In this document: positions 11,539 through 24,600 of the stretch, in pieces
How positions within the stretch are numbered: position 1 is the first letter of the stretch
How the letters are laid out: each line of letters opens with the position of its first letter
NCBI RefSeq assembly: GCF_006345805.1
Contig: NC_042998.1
Location: 36,332,001-36,396,000, forward strand
DNA: 64,000 bases
Reading direction: 5' to 3'
From: Octopus sinensis
Taxonomy: Eukaryota
Position numbers and translations under genes: made by a program
Notes under the pieces: model-generated
What the model was told of the DNA's origin: nothing
The model's database searches: none
Seen by the model: only the letters and a program-made list of their open reading frames with translations

Positions 11539-11643
11539 AATATTTTAATCTTCGGATTCTTTTTAATATGCTAGACCACTGGTCTTAATTGACTAATATA
11601 AATTTCTACCCTTAATTAATTTTATATATGTATATATATAATC

Positions 11644-11737
11644 AGAAAATGGAGAAAACTTCAGATCGACAAACAAATCAGTTGGAAGATGGGGTTCAAT
11701 TGATTTGTTTGTTGATCTAAAGTTTTCTCCATTTTCT
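11644..11737. repeat. 41-bp-arm inverted repeat with 12-nt loop
   Basis: AGAAAATGGAGAAAACTTCAGATCGACAAACAAATCAGTTG / CAATTGATTTGTTTGTTGATCTAAAGTTTTCTCCATTTTCT. Confidence 0.85.
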
Positions 11738-11939
11738 AATTATTTATATTTGATTCCTGATAGACTTTTGTTTATTTTGTTGTTACCAGTCCCCTGCGAG
11801 CATTGTGTGCTTGCATACCCATGCCCAGAGATAACACGGGTAACTGATACCGATAGAAAATACGGACAATTTATCCCTTGGTTATTATAACCGCTAACTC
11901 TACTTACCTTTATACACGCATATATACATACATACATAC

Positions 11940-12059
<120 letters not shown>

Positions 12060-12138
12060 GTATAAATGTGTGTTTGTGACTATTTTGGATATTATATTCC
12101 AAGGGAATACATGCGTAGAAATGCGTGTGCCGTGCCTT

Positions 12139-12180
<42 letters not shown>

Positions 12181-12839
12181 GCATAATGGAAGTTGTACAG
12201 CTGGTTTGATGATTATGTCGGTTTACAGGGGTGGGGCGGGGATGGTGGTGATTATTAATGTGCAGACCGATGTTTGTACTTTGCTAAATATAATTATATA
12301 AATGATGGTTTTTGTAGGATTTATGATAACTTAGGGTGAGAGGGAGATTAATGGTAGACAGGAGAGTTTTAATGACAGAAGCACTTCATCTTTATTGTTA
12401 TTCGTTGTGGTTGTAACAATGATAAGTGTTAATAAACTGGAGGTGAAGTTATGTCGTTTAGCCTCAAAAATAATTTTCGTCGCAGGTGCTGTTGATAATA
12501 AATCATTCGTTCTATATTCCATTAAGCATTTTAATTGCATTATTTAGTTCTCAACTTTTTTTTTCCGGTGTTATTGTTAACGAGCAGAATAGGGACAGAC
12601 AGCTTTTTCTATAGGCTGTTCAGATGAAAAGGAAATACATCCAGGAAATATAGAATTTGACTGAAAATCCAACAATCGGCAGAAAATATCAATTTCATCT
12701 TTAAACAGCAAAACGATGAACTAAAGGTGTACTTTATAAATTCAAACTTACTGAACGATACAGTTCTATATTCAAGAGATGAGGAATTATGCACATTATT
12801 TACATTTGACAGATATTTGTCCTCATCTTGTCTGTTGTT

Positions 12840-12885
12840 AACACAACGTTTCGGTTGATATACCCTCCAGCCTTCATCAGGTGTC
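12840..12885 (-). ncRNA. Minimal hammerhead motif (ACGU dimer type); inverted partial copy at 12923-12963 (+)
   Basis: GACAC [CUGAUGA] A GGCUG...CAACC [GAAA] CG UU | GUGUU; same repeat family as 48640-49132. Confidence 0.7.
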
Positions 12886-13102
12886 TTGGGGAAATTTCGA
12901 ACCTGGGTTCTCATTCCTAAGGCTGACGAAGGCTGGAGAGTATATCAGCTGAAACGTTGTGTTAACAATAGACAAGATGTGGAGAAATATCCGTCAAATG
13001 TAAATAAGGTTAATTACTGAACGATGTTTTGACTTGGAGTTTAATGTTCTATGCTAGTTAAGCATTTTATACTTAATGAAACACATTGAAAAATATTGAA
13101 GT

Positions 13103-13280
13103 CTGGCGTGACTGTGTGGTAAGAAATTTGCTTTTCAACAACAGGGTTCCGAGTTCAGTCCCGCTGTATGGCACCCTGGACAAGTGCCTTCGGTTATAAT
13201 AACCCCGGACCAATCAAACCATTGTAAGTGGATTTTGTAGAGGGTGACTGAAAGGAGCCCATCGTATATATATATATATG
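13103..13280 (+). mobile_element. CORE-type SINE 5' half (diverged)
   Basis: GGCGTGACTGTGTGGTAAGAAATTTGC...GTTCAGTCCC...GGACAAGTGCCTT; its 3' half follows at ~13620-13800. Confidence 0.75.
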
Positions 13281-13356
13281 TATACTCTCTTTGTAATGTT
13301 GGCAAATGGAATAAGAATAAGAGTGAATATTGTCAATTTAATTAAAAAAATTCCAT

Positions 13357-13445
13357 ATGTGACTGAAGATTGCTCTACATTTTAAAACTGATGTAATACT
13401 TACATTGTTTAATTAAATGAAGTAGCATGAAACGATCGTACTGCA
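13357..13445 (+). ncRNA. Hammerhead motif, long stem II, in a PLE-type terminal fragment
   Basis: [CUGAAGA] UUGCU...AGCAU [GAAA] CGAUCG UA | CUGCA. The stem I 5' strand is mutated here; the related copy at ~41648 has the matching UGCAG. Confidence 0.6.
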
Positions 13446-13476
13446 TTACCTTTGGATATCCTTGCTGCTTATTTTG

Positions 13477-13521
<45 letters not shown>

Positions 13522-13552
<31 letters not shown>

Positions 13553-14314
13553 CATACATATGTTTGTGCATATGTGTGTATGTGTGCGTGTATGTACGTG
13601 CGCGTGCGCGATGTGTAGCTTTGTGTTTGTGTTTGTCGTCCCGCCATCTCTTGTCAACCGGTCTTGGTGAGATTACGCCCCCGTAAATTAGAGATTCGGC
13701 AAAAAGACTGATAGAATAAGTTCCAGACTTAAAACAAAAAACAAGCACACAATTCTTCAACCATTGCTGTAGTCTAATGGCTGAAGGAATTAAAAAGATG
13801 AATTAATAAGGCAATTGAAATAATGAAAGATTCAGTATATCACATCGATAGGGTGGCTGAGGCTAAGCTGGTTTCCAGAAAACTACCAAATTAATAAAGT
13901 ATTTTGAATCCATAGTTATAAGACAAAAGATGATGCGGTTTCCTTTTACGCAGAAGTAACCCCCACTCTCACAACTGGTTATTGGCCTCACTTCTATAAC
14001 ACCGGTTTTATTAGGGGACTCGTACATATAGACCCTCTGGAAGCAAAAACTATGCTTTTCCGGAAGGCGTACGCTGGACGTACAACATTAATTATCAGTA
14101 TAAATAAATACCAAAATGCTACTCATTGGAGTGGTTGTGACATGTGCTAAAAATAGCAGCTAAAGCGGCCTTAAATCATGCACCCCCAAATCTTTTGTGA
14201 TTGTTTTTTAGCATAATCGTGTTAATTTCTGTCTGTAGAATACAAATTCACAAAAATTATCTAAAAATTCCAAACACGCATACATGTGTGTTTGTATGTG
14301 TGTGTGTGTGTGTG

Positions 14315-14345
<31 letters not shown>

Positions 14346-15119
14346 CATACATATGTTTGTGCATATGTGTGTATGTGTGCGTGTATGTACGTGCGCGTGC
14401 GCGATGTGTAGCTTTGTGTTTGTGTTTGTCGTCCCGCCATCTCTTGTCAACCGGTCTTGGTGAGATTACGCCCCCGTAAATTAGAGATTCGGCAAAAAGA
14501 CTGATAGAATAAGTTCCAGACTTAAAACAAAAAACAAGCACGCAATTCTTCAACCATTGCTGTAGTCTAATGGCTGAAGGAATTAAAAAGATGAATTAAT
14601 AAGGCAATTGAAATAATGAAAGATTCAGTATATCACATCGATAGGGTGGCTGAGGCTAAGCTGGTTTCCAGAAAACTACCAAATTAATAAAGTATTTTGA
14701 ATCCATAGTTATAAGACAAAAGATGATGCGGTTTCCTTTTACGCAGAAGTAACCCCCACTCTCACAACTGGTTATTGGCCTCACTTCTATAACACCGGTT
14801 TTATTAGGGGACTCGTACATATAGACCCTCTGGAAGCAAAAACTATGCTTTTCCGGAAGGCGTACGCTGGACGTACAACATTAATTATCAGTATAAATAA
14901 ATACCAAAATGCTACTCATTGGAGTGGTTGTGACATGTGCTAAAAATAGCAGCTAAAGCGGCCTTAAATCATGCACCCCCAAATCTTTTGTGATTGTTTT
15001 TTAGCATAATCGTGTTAATTTCTGTCTGTAGAATACAAATTCACAAAAATTATCTAAAAATTCCAAACACGCATACATGTGTGTTTGTATGTGTGTGTGT
15101 GTGTGTGGTGTGTGTGTGT
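13522..15119 (+). repeat. 793-bp tandem duplication (two units plus overhang)
   Basis: Offsets 13538/14331, 13551/14344 and ORFs 14201/14994 all equal 793; only one substitution noticed (CACACAATT vs CACGCAATT); junctions lie in (GT)n. Confidence 0.95.
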
Positions 15120-15134
15120 ATGCGTGCGTCTGCA

Positions 15135-15330
15135 TCTGTGTTTGTCCCTCCACCACCACTTGACAACCAATGTTGGTGTGTTTGTGTCGCCGTAACTTAG
15201 TAGTTCGGCAAAAGAAGCGATAGAATAAGTACCAGGTTCAAAAAGTAAGAATTAGAGTAGATTCATTCGACTAAAAACACAATGCGGTGCTCCAGCATGG
15301 CCGCACTCTAATTTCTGAGGCGAGAAAAAG
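15135..15330 (+). mobile_element. CORE-type SINE 3' half
   Basis: CTTGACAACC...GTTCGGCAAAAG...GATAGAATAAGTAC...GCGGTGCTCCAGCATGGCCGCA. Confidence 0.75.
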
Positions 15331-15360
15331 ATAATATACATGCATAAGTATGTATGTACG

Positions 15361-15429
<69 letters not shown>

Positions 15430-15761
15430 AAATACAAAATGGGACAATAACGCAAAATATCTGGACAACTAGGTGATACAAAAAGGGACAACAAAACATC
15501 CAGATAGACGATACAAAAAAACCACGGACGGGTCATTCGAAGCCGAGACAGAGCGAGAGAGAGTGTGTAGTAGTAGATAGACGAAAGAATCAGGGAGTGG
15601 CGAGAAAAAAAGTGAGACAGGGACATAGTGAAGTGCAAAGTAAGAAAAGCAAAGAATTGTGTGAGAGAGAGAGGGGGAGAGTGAGTGTTGAAGAAATCGT
15701 ACAAAATTTAGTGAAATGTGTACTTACATATAAGAGAACAAAGTGTACGTACGCTGCTATA

Positions 15762-17052
15762 TCTTTATATATATAGAACTGAGAATGTGTGTGTGTCTGT
15801 CTGTCTGTCTGTGTGTGTGTTTCCCTAAAACTTGAGAACTACACAGCCAATTTCATTCAAACTTTACACATGTCTTACTTAGGGTCCGGGGAGTGTCATC
15901 GGCAAAAAACATTTTAAACTTTTTGCCTAGGGCGAGCCCACAGCAATATCATATCTTCTCCACTACGATTCCCTAAAACTTGAGAACTACACAACCAATT
16001 TCATTCAAATTTACACATGCCTTACTTAGGGTCCATGTAGTTTCCATGGGCAAAAAATGTTCAACTTCTTGCCTAGAGCCGAGCCCATAGCAATATCATA
16101 TCTTCTCCACTTTCAGTATTACGTGTTAAAAGTGAAACAAAAACATTTCCCTATTTTATGTCAGATACTTTCACTTTAACAATAAAAATAATAATAACAA
16201 TTGAATTATATGTAGTAAGTAATAATTAAAATCAAAACTAAAGTATAATATTATCGTAACATAGCAAAAGTAAAAATATAGCAATTGGTATAAAATTGCA
16301 TCAATGACTTGAACTTGAATCAGTGGTTTCACATGAATGGGAATAAATAATAAATAAAATTTAAGTGCAGAAATGGAATTGTCCAGATGGAGGTGTGCAC
16401 GGCTTTTACATTAGATTATTTGCTAATTAGCTAGCATTAAGCATTCTACTGAGTACCGCTGTTAGCTTATTTCTGATCCATAAAGGCCTATAGCTTCAAC
16501 AGCGTACTGTTTTTTGGTTTACCGTAAGGTTTGTTGTTATTATTATTTCTGTTTAACTATTGTTATCACGTTTGTTGGTTCCTCGTAAGGGAAGCGTTGT
16601 TGTGTTGCATTTATTAAATAATTGTAAACCGTAACTCTCCCCCTTTGGGAGAAGGAGCTTTGGTGATTGTTTAAAAATTGAATTGTGTCCGTGTTTGGGG
16701 AAATTGACAATATTTTCACCGTTTACACGGAAGTATTTTTGTTAAAATGTCTTCGATAGAAGAAAGTCCGAAAATGAATTTCGCTGCAGCCGTCGGATTG
16801 TAGCCACACTTCTATACAAGAGGGAGGACAAGATACAATTGATCGAAATTACAAGAGACGGGCTAACAATTCCAGTCTGTTATATATTTTGAGTATTGTC
16901 ATCACTAGCGATATCAAGATATAACTTTGTATTTTGTATTTTATGTGTAGCTATATATATATAGATGTACATGTAATATGTACACATATATATATACATA
17001 TATATATATGCACTAGCACTATGATCCGGCAACGACGGGTCTTTAATGCTAG
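15762..17052 (+). mobile_element. Helitron-like non-autonomous element with internal 148-bp tandem repeat
   Basis: 5' TCTTTATATATATAGAACTG...GTCTGTCTG; tandem units 15821-15968 and 15969-16111; 3' CCGGCAACGACGGG...CTAG like 3554-3594. That both ends belong to one element is an inference. Confidence 0.55.
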
Positions 17053-17054
17053 TA

Positions 17055-17328
17055 TATATATAAAATAAAATACAAAATGGGACAAGAACACAAAACATCC
17101 GGACAACTAGGTGATACAAAAAGGGACAACAAAACATCCAGATAGACGATACAAAAAAACCACGGACGGGTCATTCGAGGCCTTTTATCTTCAGTCAAGA
17201 ATCTGATCATCCTCGCTGTTTCGGCTGATTAATCTTAAGATTGCTCCAATCTGGCCAGCCCCAAGGAAAAACTAAGCATCGAACGTATACGAAATAAGGA
17301 CGGAAAAACGGACGATCTTACACGAATA

Positions 17329-17330
<2 letters not shown>
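17055..17330 (-). mobile_element. Repeat fragment, probably PLE terminal; also at ~15420-15545
   Basis: AAAATACAAAATGGGACAA...CCACGGACGGGTCATTCGA present twice, each next to (TA)n. Confidence 0.5.
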
Positions 17331-17378
<48 letters not shown>

Positions 17379-17424
17379 CATTATCGATTTTTCATTCTTT
17401 TGCCTACGTTTATTTTATATGTTT

Positions 17425-17862
17425 ATGAGATGGCTTGGGCATGTTAGCCGTATGAAAGATGGCAGGACATACTCTACGGAGAGCTTGCTAGGGGTACTAG
17501 GTCTGTGGGTAGACCGATCTTACGTTACAAGGATGTTTGCAAAAGGGACATGAAGGCCTGCAACATCAATATTAGCGGTCGGGAGGCAGTTGCCGGCAAC
17601 CGTGGAGAATGGCGTGACAGGGAGAGAGAGGAGAAATGGAAAGAAAAGATGAGACGTCAACAAGAAACTATGGCATTACAACCAGCCAGGAACAGTCTTC
17701 GCTACATTTGCGGTACCTGCCAGAGGGAGTGTTTGTCCAGGATAGGACTACACAGCCACAGCAGGAAATGTATCAGGACATGAAATATAAAAGCCAGACT
17801 AGACTACTTTATGCGTAACTCCATTGTCTCCCGAGACAGAAAGGATGCCAACCAACCAACCA
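17425..17862 (+). mobile_element. RTE-clade LINE 3' end
   Basis: RWLGHVSRMKDGR, GRPILRYKDVCKRDMKACNIN, CGTCQRECLSRIGLHSHSRKC; tail CCATTGTCTCCCGAGACAGA...(CCAA)n. Confidence 0.9.
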
Positions 17863-18028
17863 ATATATATATATATATTCATTCTCTCTTACCTGTTTGT
17901 GTCTGCCTTCCAAATGCTGTTTTTACTGAGATCTCCCTTTTTAGTAGAAGAAATAGCTATAACCCTTTGACTGCTATTTCTAAATCGGTATGTGGTAAGG
18001 CAACTCGTTGCTAAACCCTTATTGCTTA

Positions 18029-18107
<79 letters not shown>

Positions 18108-18137
18108 GTATAAGGGTGGAAAGGAACACACGAGTTG

Positions 18138-18527
18138 ATATATATGAAAAAACAAGTCAAAAATAGAAAATGCTAAGATGATTTTATAGTGAATCTTTCA
18201 GTACCGGTTTCGGTCATTTTAAGACCTTTTCAACTGTAACGATTAAATAATTAAATTTAGAAAAATTAGAAGAAAAGTTTTTTTAAAAGAATATTTCTGT
18301 AGTAGTGTTTAGATATAAGTAGCATTCTGCAAGGGAGTCAGAGAAAGGCAGAATGCTACTTATATCTGAACACTACTACAGAAATATTCTTTTAAAAAAA
18401 CTTTTCTTCTAATTTTTCTAAATTTAATTATTTAATCGTTACAGATGAAATGGTCTTAAATGACCGAAACCGGTACTGAAAGATTCACTATAAAATCATC
18501 TTAGCATTTTCTATTTTTGACTTGTTT

Positions 18528-18539
<12 letters not shown>
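18138..18539. repeat. ~193-bp-arm inverted repeat, 17-nt spacer (18331-18347)
   Basis: Arms 18138-18330 and 18348-18539 with a few mismatches; flanked by (TA)n. Confidence 0.95.
18196..18239 (-). ncRNA. Hammerhead-like motif with U3:A8 core
   Basis: CAG [UUGAAAA] GGUC-7nt-GACC [GAAA] CCGG UA | CUG; palindromic ACCGGU stem III; the opposite arm (18442-18478) has a degenerate core AUGAAAU. Confidence 0.55.
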
Positions 18540-18580
<41 letters not shown>

Positions 18581-18695
18581 CATATATATATATATTATTG
18601 TATTTAGGAATGGTCATTTTACCAGTTTAGCTAGTATATATATATAATTTATAGCTATATATATAAATACACACACACACACGCACACACATATA

Positions 18696-18985
18696 TTGGG
18701 TTGGCAACTAAGTTCCCGCCGTGCTTTTAAACTTTGGAATTTATCGCGTTTTTATACTTTGGAATCTATTTTTTTCGAGAATAATATTTTTGAATCATTT
18801 GGGATTCTAGAAGTTAATTTTAGTTAATTTTTGTTTACACAACAGAGAAGGGAACTTCATGGAAAAAAGGTTCTATCTGGTGGGATTGCAAAGGAGTAAT
18901 TCACTTTGAATTGTTACCACCTCATGCAACAACAATCAATGCTCAAGTCTACTGTCAGCAATTAGAGCGTGTGAACCAAGCTTGA
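18696..18985 (+). mobile_element. Mariner-type transposon internally deleted relic
   Basis: TA|TTGGGTTGGCAACTAAGT TIR-like start; transposase remnant WWDCKGVIHFELLPP...INAQVYCQQLERV. Confidence 0.75.
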
Positions 18986-19476
18986 ACATCGCTTACTTCA
19001 TGAGATGTTTCCAAATAAATGACGGAATTCAATTCAACTTTAGTTATATATTACTTCCTATATTCTCATAGAAATTTACAAAATGGTGGATCATTAAATT
19101 GGGGGGAAATAATCATTTCCTAAAAGCGAGGATTTATAGTTTAAGAGCGGCGATATACTTTAATACACGTTTAGAATATTGGTTTCATTTTAATTAATTC
19201 TTGCTTCCCAAACTGCAAAAAAGGTTCATGTCGACAGAAAAAAATGTACCGTGTGGTATAAAGTATTTGTTAAACAGAATCTTGATAGTCACAATCAAAG
19301 AATTGTCGTTGCATCACCTAAAAGAAATATTAGGCCATTTGCGCCAACATCTATCTCCTCCTTTCGAAGAGATAAAAAAATTCCGAAGGCTTTGCATTGG
19401 GAATTATTTTTAAATAGATTTGGAATAACTACAACATATAAATGAACAAAACAACAGCAATAATATTGATAATAAT

Positions 19477-19688
19477 CCTTTCTACTATAAGCACAAGTCC
19501 TGAAATTTGTTGTGAGGAGACTAGTAGTTTACATCGTCCCAAGTGTATCACTGGTACTTATTTTATCGATGACGAAAGGATGAAAGGCAAAGTCGATCTC
19601 GGCGGAAATTGATCTCCGAACGTAAACACGGACAAAATGCTGTTAAGCATTTTGACCGGGTTGCTAACGATTCTAATAGCTTACCGCC
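19477..19688 (-). mobile_element. Meta-type SINE (diverged)
   Basis: GGATGAAAGGCAAAGTCGATCTCGGCGGAAATTGA motif with tRNA-like head. Confidence 0.75.
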
Positions 19689-19709
19689 TTTAATAATAAT
19701 AATAATAAT

Positions 19710-20251
19710 CATTGGATCTGACTACTCGTGCAGGACTTTCGGAAAATTCACAATGGATCATGTTGTTTCTGGCTGCCCAGTCCTCGCTGAAAAGGAGTAC
19801 CTCATAAGACATGAGAGACTAGGGCAGTAGATCCACCGGAATGCTTGTAAATGCTACAAAATTAAATCCCATGATAAGTGGTACAGGCACCATCCAGAGG
19901 ATGTAGTAAATGGCGAGGGCGTCACCATCCTTTGGAACTTCCCAATACAAACAGACAGAAAAATTGACCCAATCGATCAGACATTGTGATGAAGGACCAC
20001 AACAGAGGAATAGATATGTCTGGCCCACAAGATCAAAATGTCTCAAGAAAAGAATACGAAAAATACTTTCTATATAATCTCAAGTTTTAAAACAAACATA
20101 ATTTTCTTATGGTTTCTTAAACATTCTCTAGAACAACATTATGTACAAAATCAAATATATGGCACCCTAGGCATAACACCAACATAAACTTCAGGTCTCT
20201 GGGTGAGACTTGGAGCCAACTTGTACAAATGTAAAGCAAAAGTCAAACATA

Positions 20252-20252
<1 letters not shown>
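19710..20252 (+). mobile_element. R4/Dong-clade non-LTR fragment (CCHC/REL region plus 3' UTR) between (TAA)n tracts
   Basis: MDHVVSGCPVLAEKEYLIRHERLG, KWYRHHPEDVVNGEGVTILWNFPIQTDRKI; (TAA)n at 19690-19709 and 20253-20297. Confidence 0.85.
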
Positions 20253-20298
<46 letters not shown>

Positions 20299-21429
20299 TT
20301 ATTGTTTTCAAGATTGGACGTGATCGAATGACACAACAAATTTAAACTCTTTCATAATTTTGTCATTTTGTTACGTTATATATGACTTTTGAATATATGT
20401 AGTAATATCGTGGGTGAGAATGGCTAACCAAACAACAGATCCAATTTTGTTCAGCTTAATGTAAAAACAAATCAAACCCACTCTTCAATATATTATTCAT
20501 TATTGTATGTTAGAAATACATATTTTATGTCATAAATCAATGTTATTGGTAATTCTATTTAGGACAGATAATGAACGAATAACACATTCGTGTCTGTTGT
20601 GGGATTTGAAGTTAGACACACCAGAATAAACTATTCGTGGTATGTACTGTTCCTCCAAATTCAAATGCTGTTTGTCACATGAGATTAATATCATCCGATA
20701 TTGGTGTATATCTAATAAATTCTTGGTTAGAGTCTAGAACATTATTTCAATTTCTGGTTAATGTTATTTTGTTTTAAGTCTGAGAAATTTACGTACTTTA
20801 TCAATATTCATTCTCTCTTCTTTGTTCCAAACCAAATGAGAAGAGAGACAATTAGACAGAAGATGAGTTTTGTGCTCTGACTCGTAACTTGTTTAAACGG
20901 AAATGAGTATCATTCAACAAGGAAGACTTGAATACGTGCGGGAGTAAGACAAGCACATTGGATTACATTTCTATACATTCCGAGAATATGTGGATGAGAA
21001 TATGTTAAAATTATGCTCTCCTCCATTCTGTATTTCATTCTGCATCAGTAGCTGTAAATATTTATATACCAGTAATATAACGGTATCAGTTCTATCGAAT
21101 ATATTGTCTTACTCTGAAGAAATTAACATTTAATCATGGCAAAAGAAATCATTAACTTTATCTCTCATGTTCCTTGACACTTTCTATTGGATAGCCAAGC
21201 AGAATATAATCTTTAGTTAATCCGTCTTCCTATACAACAATTGCAGACACGTGACACATGACGAGATGGGCAGCTTTACTTACGGTAATATTAAATATGT
21301 CTATACAATAGAGTCAATATCCGTAATCAATAACATGCGCTGGAAGATAATCAATATCATATAGATATGATATTTATGACCAGATAACTGCTTCATAATG
21401 AACAGTATTACTATATGGAAAGTAGACAT

Positions 21430-21442
21430 AATTTTATATTTA

Positions 21443-21505
<63 letters not shown>

Positions 21506-21668
21506 TATTAATCCATCTTATCCATTTTAACCACCCTCTCTGCTTATTCATCCTCTATTTATTTCTCTCAACCTCATGCCTCTTCTCCATTCTCCATTCT
21601 CTTCTTCCTCTTCTTCCTCTTCATATTTTTCGTCTCCATCTTTTTCTTGTTCTTCTTAATCGTCTATA

Positions 21669-21752
<84 letters not shown>

Positions 21753-21778
21753 CATTATTATTATTATTATTATTATTG
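21430..21778. repeat. (ATT)n compound microsatellites; representative of dozens of TA, CA, TATC, TAA, TAG and CTT arrays across the window
   Basis: Direct inspection; other large arrays at ~11940, 23105, 29130, 31720, 34905, 36841, 37960, 47510, 53330, 55630, 60930 and 63470. Confidence 0.98.
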
Positions 21779-21789
21779 ATTTATGAAGA

Positions 21790-22870
21790 TTGGAGTAATT
21801 TTTCATAAGCAATGAATTTTTCATCACTCTACCCCAAGATTAACTACGATGATATGGTGGAATCGTGCATAAATGCATTTTGAAAAACTTTGATTGGGAA
21901 GGATTGCAGGATAGATTATGTAACTTCTTGAATTTTTGTGACAGTTTCGCCAAAAATCATGGGTTTAAATCCAATATAAAATTCTTTAAAAAACCAGCTT
22001 TAGATTTTTGAACGCGTAAGTTCTCCGAAGGCCAAGTAGTGACATTTATCTTTGCCGCTGCCCCAATTATCCACATATACAATTAAATCAAATCTGAATT
22101 TCCAGTTTTGGGGGATGAAACGGATTTGTTCTGACAAAGGGGATTATGGGAAACATGCAAATAAATATGCTCACCATTATGTCAAAGCCGGTTACAGTGA
22201 ATCACGATTAAAGGAAATCGCAAATGGCATAGCTACAATTAACAAGGATAGTCAAACTTTCATGCATAATTTTAGAAGCCAAAATAAATTTTATGGTCGA
22301 ATTAGTGATTAACTGGCCGCGAAATTTCGCTGGAATTTCAAGTGTCGCATGAAAGTCACCGCCATGTTTCAGAAAAATATCCAAGTTTCAAAAAATGTAT
22401 ATCGTTATCCGCCTATTGTAGCCTTTAGAGGTAATAAGAATACTATTAACCACTACTTCTAACCCCAATAAATCTGTCGTTGGAGTTTGTGAACGATGAG
22501 CACCGCAAAACGGTTCAAAGTCAGGTAAGACCTATTCATTGTGCAACATGAGTCAAGTCAATTCCATCACAAATCATAAGAGAAATGTTAAGATCTGTAT
22601 GAAAGGTGGGATGTGTAAAGATTCCCATTTGGCGTACGCAACGGAATATACCGAACAGAACTTGATTCAATGAGCATAGGAGGCATGATGTCAGGCAAAA
22701 TAATAGTAGATTGACGGAATTTGCCGAACATTTTACGTGAAACAGCTGAAAGTGGACATTCTCAGGAAATAATTTGACTCTATTGTGGTTTCAGTCCTCT
22801 AAAATCACGAAAAATCAATATACTTGTGAAATGCTAACCTCAAATTTTGAAAGAAGGAACCCCATAAAAG
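21790..22870 (+). mobile_element. Degenerate Penelope-like element (RT thumb to GIY-YIG remnants)
   Basis: KRICSDKGDYGKH...HYVKAGYSESRL thumb-like motif, broken frames. Confidence 0.55.
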
Positions 22871-23200
22871 GCGAATTTCTTCATCAGCTTTATAGGAAAC
22901 TTTTTGACGAAGGGTATTCTTTTTTATTTTCTTTTTTCCTCTATTTTCATTTTGTTTTTGTTATCAGTAATAAAAAAGCGAAAACTGATGACGTCAGTTT
23001 TGTCTAAAAAGAAACGCAGAATATTACCTTTCATATTTTGAATTTCTGTATTTCTGCTTTCTTCATAAACAAAGTCAAAATCTATCGAATCTTATCACGC
23101 ACATCTTCTTCTTCTTCTACTTCTTCTTCTTCTTCTCTTCTTCTTCTTCTTCTTCTTCTTCTTCTTCTTCTTCTTCTTCTTCTTCTTCTATTATTATTAC

Positions 23201-23273
<73 letters not shown>

Positions 23274-24099
23274 AAGACAGTGAGCCGGCAGAATAGTCGA
23301 CTAATGTAAAATGTCTATATGCCTATATAAGTAACGGTTCTTCTGTTCGCTGCTAGTAGAACTAGCGATAAAACTTTGTCTTAACCTACAACTCCGCGCC
23401 GTGTATTTGTTTTTTGTTTTAAATAAACGTTTAATATTCCATTGTTGACACTGTAAGTTATACTGAAACTATATAGGAACTAAAACTTGATGTAAACAGC
23501 AGAAAATAGTCTAGATGGATCAAGATGTCAACAGAATTGCAATGCGTAACCTTATCGTATTTTAACTAAAGTTATTTTGCAGTGTTTTCCCAATATTTGT
23601 CTATCATATATCAGTCTTCTTTGCACGTGTAGACTGATTTTATTTGTATATTTGTAATAATGTGATATTTTTTCGCTTCTATCTTTTTGACTTTGACATA
23701 TTAATCTTCTAATTAAAATACGTTCAAAGTTCAGTGTGACAAAAGTTCATTGGGATTTCGCTCCTCTTATACGAAGAACTGTGCTTTGGCAGAATAAACA
23801 GAATGTCACACAAAATGTATTTGTCCTGAGCTTGATTTTGTATTTCGTTGTTTATTTGTCGACTGTTCTTCCATCAGATTAACTGGTTTTGTACATATAT
23901 TAAACAATCATTATCATACTTCTTTCAACGTGAATAAAATATCTTGTGTAACCATATTGCAAATCAGAATCAAGTCTGGTCGATTTTCAAAAATGGAATA
24001 TCAATAAAATATTCTGTGATGAATTCATAGTGCATTTTAAGATGCTAGTATAAGTCCTTAGAATTCTTAAAAATGTTTTAGCCCGAAGGCCGCGAAATT

Positions 24100-24600
24100 T
24101 AAATGAAAACTAAAAAATCGAAGCCCCGAGATTTTTTGTGCAGATCACTGGCTCTTGAACACTTTAGGTCGTGGGAAGCGTTGTAATGCCATTCCATAAA
24201 GAGAGAGTCTTCATTTCCGAATCGTCAAGACACGACCTCATTTCTTCGACTATTACCAGATGGGAGAAAATATTGCTTCGTTGGCTTCAAGTGCATCCAA
24301 TTAGATTTCCAGAATTCTCTCTTCAAATCTGGTGTCAACTATTATGATATTCCTGTCATGCTCATCTTATGATACCCAAAAGGCTTCCAACATCTTCTGT
24401 AATGCATTCTACCCACAATCCAATTATGCAGCAAGTTCACGGGTTGTGAATCAATTCATGCGCGAATCAATTCGTTCACTTTCAACGATTTATGTCACTG
24501 GTCACAATTCAGGCAGTCTTTCCGTGAATGGCTTGTCATCAATGCGAATTTCACGTTTTCAAACTTTTTTTATCCATTATGTCACATTGATCTTGTCAAT
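24100..24600 (-). mobile_element. Possible mariner transposase N-terminal relic
   Basis: Broken-frame resemblance to the HTH region (TRELA-like, GYHK); weak. Confidence 0.35.

Noticed and set aside
15821-16111. CRISPR-like or satellite array
   Set aside because: Only two 148-bp tandem units without spacers, inside a eukaryotic Helitron-like element.
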